Assembly (NCBI GenBank): GCA_008632985.1 | Contig: QPGO01000005.1 | Coordinates: forward strand, 1,137,607-1,201,606 | Reading direction: 5' to 3' | DNA length: 64,000 nucleotides | From: Psammoneis japonica | Lineage: Eukaryota | Shown here: piece after piece, positions 61,801 to 64,000 of the stretch | Layout: each line of letters opens with the position of its first letter | Numbering within the stretch: position 1 is the stretch's first letter | Program-made: the position numbers and the translations under genes | The notes under the pieces: model-generated | Databases searched by the model: none | What the model was told of the DNA's origin: nothing | Seen by the model: the letters and a program-made list of their open reading frames with translations, nothing else

Positions 61801-64000
61801 TTCGACAAAACACACAGCACGAATGGCAGCGCACAAGGTTGGTCGTGGCGCAACAGAAGCAACGTTGTCAATGCGAACCTTCAACAAGAATTTTTGCCAC
61901 AATCTGGTGATGCCGGTTGAGGACGTGCAAAACCAACAATTTGACTGCAATGTAAAAAGTTGACTCCATCATGATGCTCCATTTGAGAGGGCAGTCTGGA
62001 GATGGCCTGGTGCACTTTTTGTGCAGAAGCTGCACGAGAGCCAAGCATGTGCATTCCTGCACAGACACAGCACAAAAACAGAAAACAGAAAGCATGGCAC
62101 GCCCATCAGCGACTCACGACAACACCACGTGATGACCATGCATCAAAATGGCGTCATCTGCATCTTTCTGTGGCTCCTCTTTCACTTGCCCGATTGCCCC
62201 AAAAGGGCCAGGGAAAGCTTGCACACTTCTGTCATGATGGATCAATGCAAGCTGAAGTTGTTCTTTTCACTCCACAACATCAGAATGCAGCGCAACAGAT
62301 TGTCAAGGCACGCCCGCATGTTGGCTGTGCTGTCAGCCAAATCAACACCATTTGCCATTCGCTCACTTGGCAAATTACAAAGCCAACGACTCTTGTTGGC
62401 TGAAGCTCTTGAGCCACTTTTGAGACTTGACACAATGGCCCACTTGTCCCGTTCTTCACCCTCTGTGATTCATCAGAGGCGGCAATGCAGTGTTGCTCAC
62501 TTTCCTTTGCAAATTTTGGAACACTGAATTGCACAAAAGTGCGTTGTTGTTGTTCAGCTTCAATTTCAATTTTAAGAGTCAAGTTGAATTTGTTGTTTCC
62601 TTTTTGTGTGTGCAATTGTCACCTTTTTGTTTTGATTTAAATTCGCTGAAGACTTTCAACATGTGCTTCATTGTCGAAAAACAAGTTTTGTTTTGACGAA
62701 TTTGTCGCACATGTGTCAAAAACCAACGAACCTCTTTTTGCACATGCCTTGTTTGAAGAGTGTCATTTGTGGCAACTTGCAATGATTGGCCAATGGCAAA
62801 GGTGGTTGAACTCCATTTGTGCTTGATGCATCAACTTGGAGAGTGGGGGTCTGGGGTGTTTGTGCATTCCTTTGTGCTGCACAAGCCAAGCTGAGCCTCC
62901 TGTGTTTGTGAAGGTCATTGTGCAGCTGCAAGGAATGTGTGCTTCATGGGTGGTGGCTTGTCTTCTGGGTTGCTTGGGCAGTTGGGGCATGCCAGCTTGG
63001 ATGGCATGGGAGGAATGGGAGGCATGAACTTCTTTTTTCACACCAGCTCTTCTCACACTGTTGGGAGAGGACCCTGCACAGCAGAGAAGCAGGGGTGCTT
63101 CTAGAAAGGGACAAAGACTGGCCTGGGCTTGCTCTGAGAAAAAAGTTTCTTGAAGCAGAAATGAGCCAGCTTTTTCCCAGCTGGTGTTCTCGGGGTTGTT
63201 CTCCAACTGGTGCAAGTGCTTTGGGCACACCACTTCAATGGCTTCACCACCAGCAAAGCAGAAGCAGTGACAATGAGGTGCCACAATTTTTCTGCACAAA
63301 ATCTGCCCCAGTGCACGTGCATCTCTGTTCGCACTCGAAGTTTTGGACAGCGCGCCTGCCCCATGCTGTTCTCAAAGACACTCGAGAATGGTGCAGAAGA
63401 AAAAAACGCCAAAAGTTGTTGAATGGATCGCCTGACAATTGTGCTGCAAAGCGATGCAAAATTTCTCCAAAATCACTCAGAAATGCACGTGCGCGACATG
63501 CGACGCGATTCAAAAAACTGTCGATGTCACAGTTCAGCAGTGCGAGGTCCCACCCAGACCTGGAGCGTGTCTGCCACGCTCTGCCACAATCTTCCTGCAA
63601 AAAATCCTCCCTCTTGCATTTCCTGGGTGCACTCCCTTCAGCATCTCCGTTCTTGGAGTTCCCTGTCGTGAAGTGCTCCAGGCATCTCGCGCACTTTCGT
63701 GCAAACAAGTCACGTGTTTCCAGGTTGTGAACTGCCTCACAGCCAAAAGAAGCAATCTTTGCCTTTGGAGTCACCATGATGCACTGGTCTGCCAAATCAA
63801 ACTCAGCATCACCATGGACAGTCGGGGAGAAATGTCATCAAAACTGCGTGATGATGTGTTTGAGCTCTTGAGAGCTCACCCAGCTTAAGACATCATGGCT
63901 CCAAGTCGCCGTGTTTGTCGTGAACTCTTCCTGATGCTGTGTCTGTGACTTGGCTTCATCGTTGAATTGCCGTGGCCATCGCACTTCAGAGATGACATTC
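43435..64000 (+). repeat. Tandem array of a ~5.7-6.2-kb composite unit: three near-complete copies and a deleted fourth
   Basis: Anchor gatgccggttgaggacg at about 43896, 50114, 56203 and 61909; copies are highly similar and differ by transitions and internal deletions. Confidence 0.95.
48096..48423 (+). repeat. Perfect (AAAATGCG)41 array
   Basis: 328 bp of uninterrupted 8-bp units; shorter imperfect counterparts near 54313-54388 and 60239-60371. Confidence 0.97.

Noticed and set aside
1..64000. Alternative genetic code or foreign DNA as the cause of Tyr-free ORFs
   Set aside because: Depletion is frame-independent, affects non-coding repeats, and differs between two adjacent copies of the same sequence.
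22200..64000. Classical RIP or CpG decay as the sole explanation
   Set aside because: RIP creates TpA; CpG decay cannot turn Tyr codons into Cys/His or TTAGGG into TTGGGG/TCAGGG.

Overview
Eukaryotic genomic DNA, most likely a diatom (inferred from short GT-AG introns, diatom-type gene families, CoDi-like copia and gypsy relics). The window alternates between two states. Ordinary gene-rich islands (~7.5-22.15 kb and ~31.3-35.6 kb) hold a 5'-truncated double-ABM monooxygenase, a GT23-like fucosyltransferase, a cyclophilin pseudogene, a 2OG-Fe(II) oxygenase-like gene with an in-frame TGA, an M66-like metalloprotease with mucin-like repeats, and PUS3/TruA. Repeat domains (1-7.5 kb, 22.2-31.3 kb, ~35.65-64 kb) almost lack the dinucleotide TpA. 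The main finding is an apparent repeat-targeted, directional TpA->TpG/CpA hypermutation, the mirror image of fungal RIP. Support: a 438-bp tandem duplication where 17 of 21 TpA are converted in one copy with none in reverse; Tyr->Cys/His changes in conserved retrotransposon motifs; an interstitial TTAGGG-like array turned into TTGGGG/TCAGGG; and TA/TG/CA alleles among ~6-kb tandem copies. Most of the Cys/His-rich, Tyr-poor ORFs in the ORF track are by-products of TAA/TAG loss. All alignments and family calls were made by eye.
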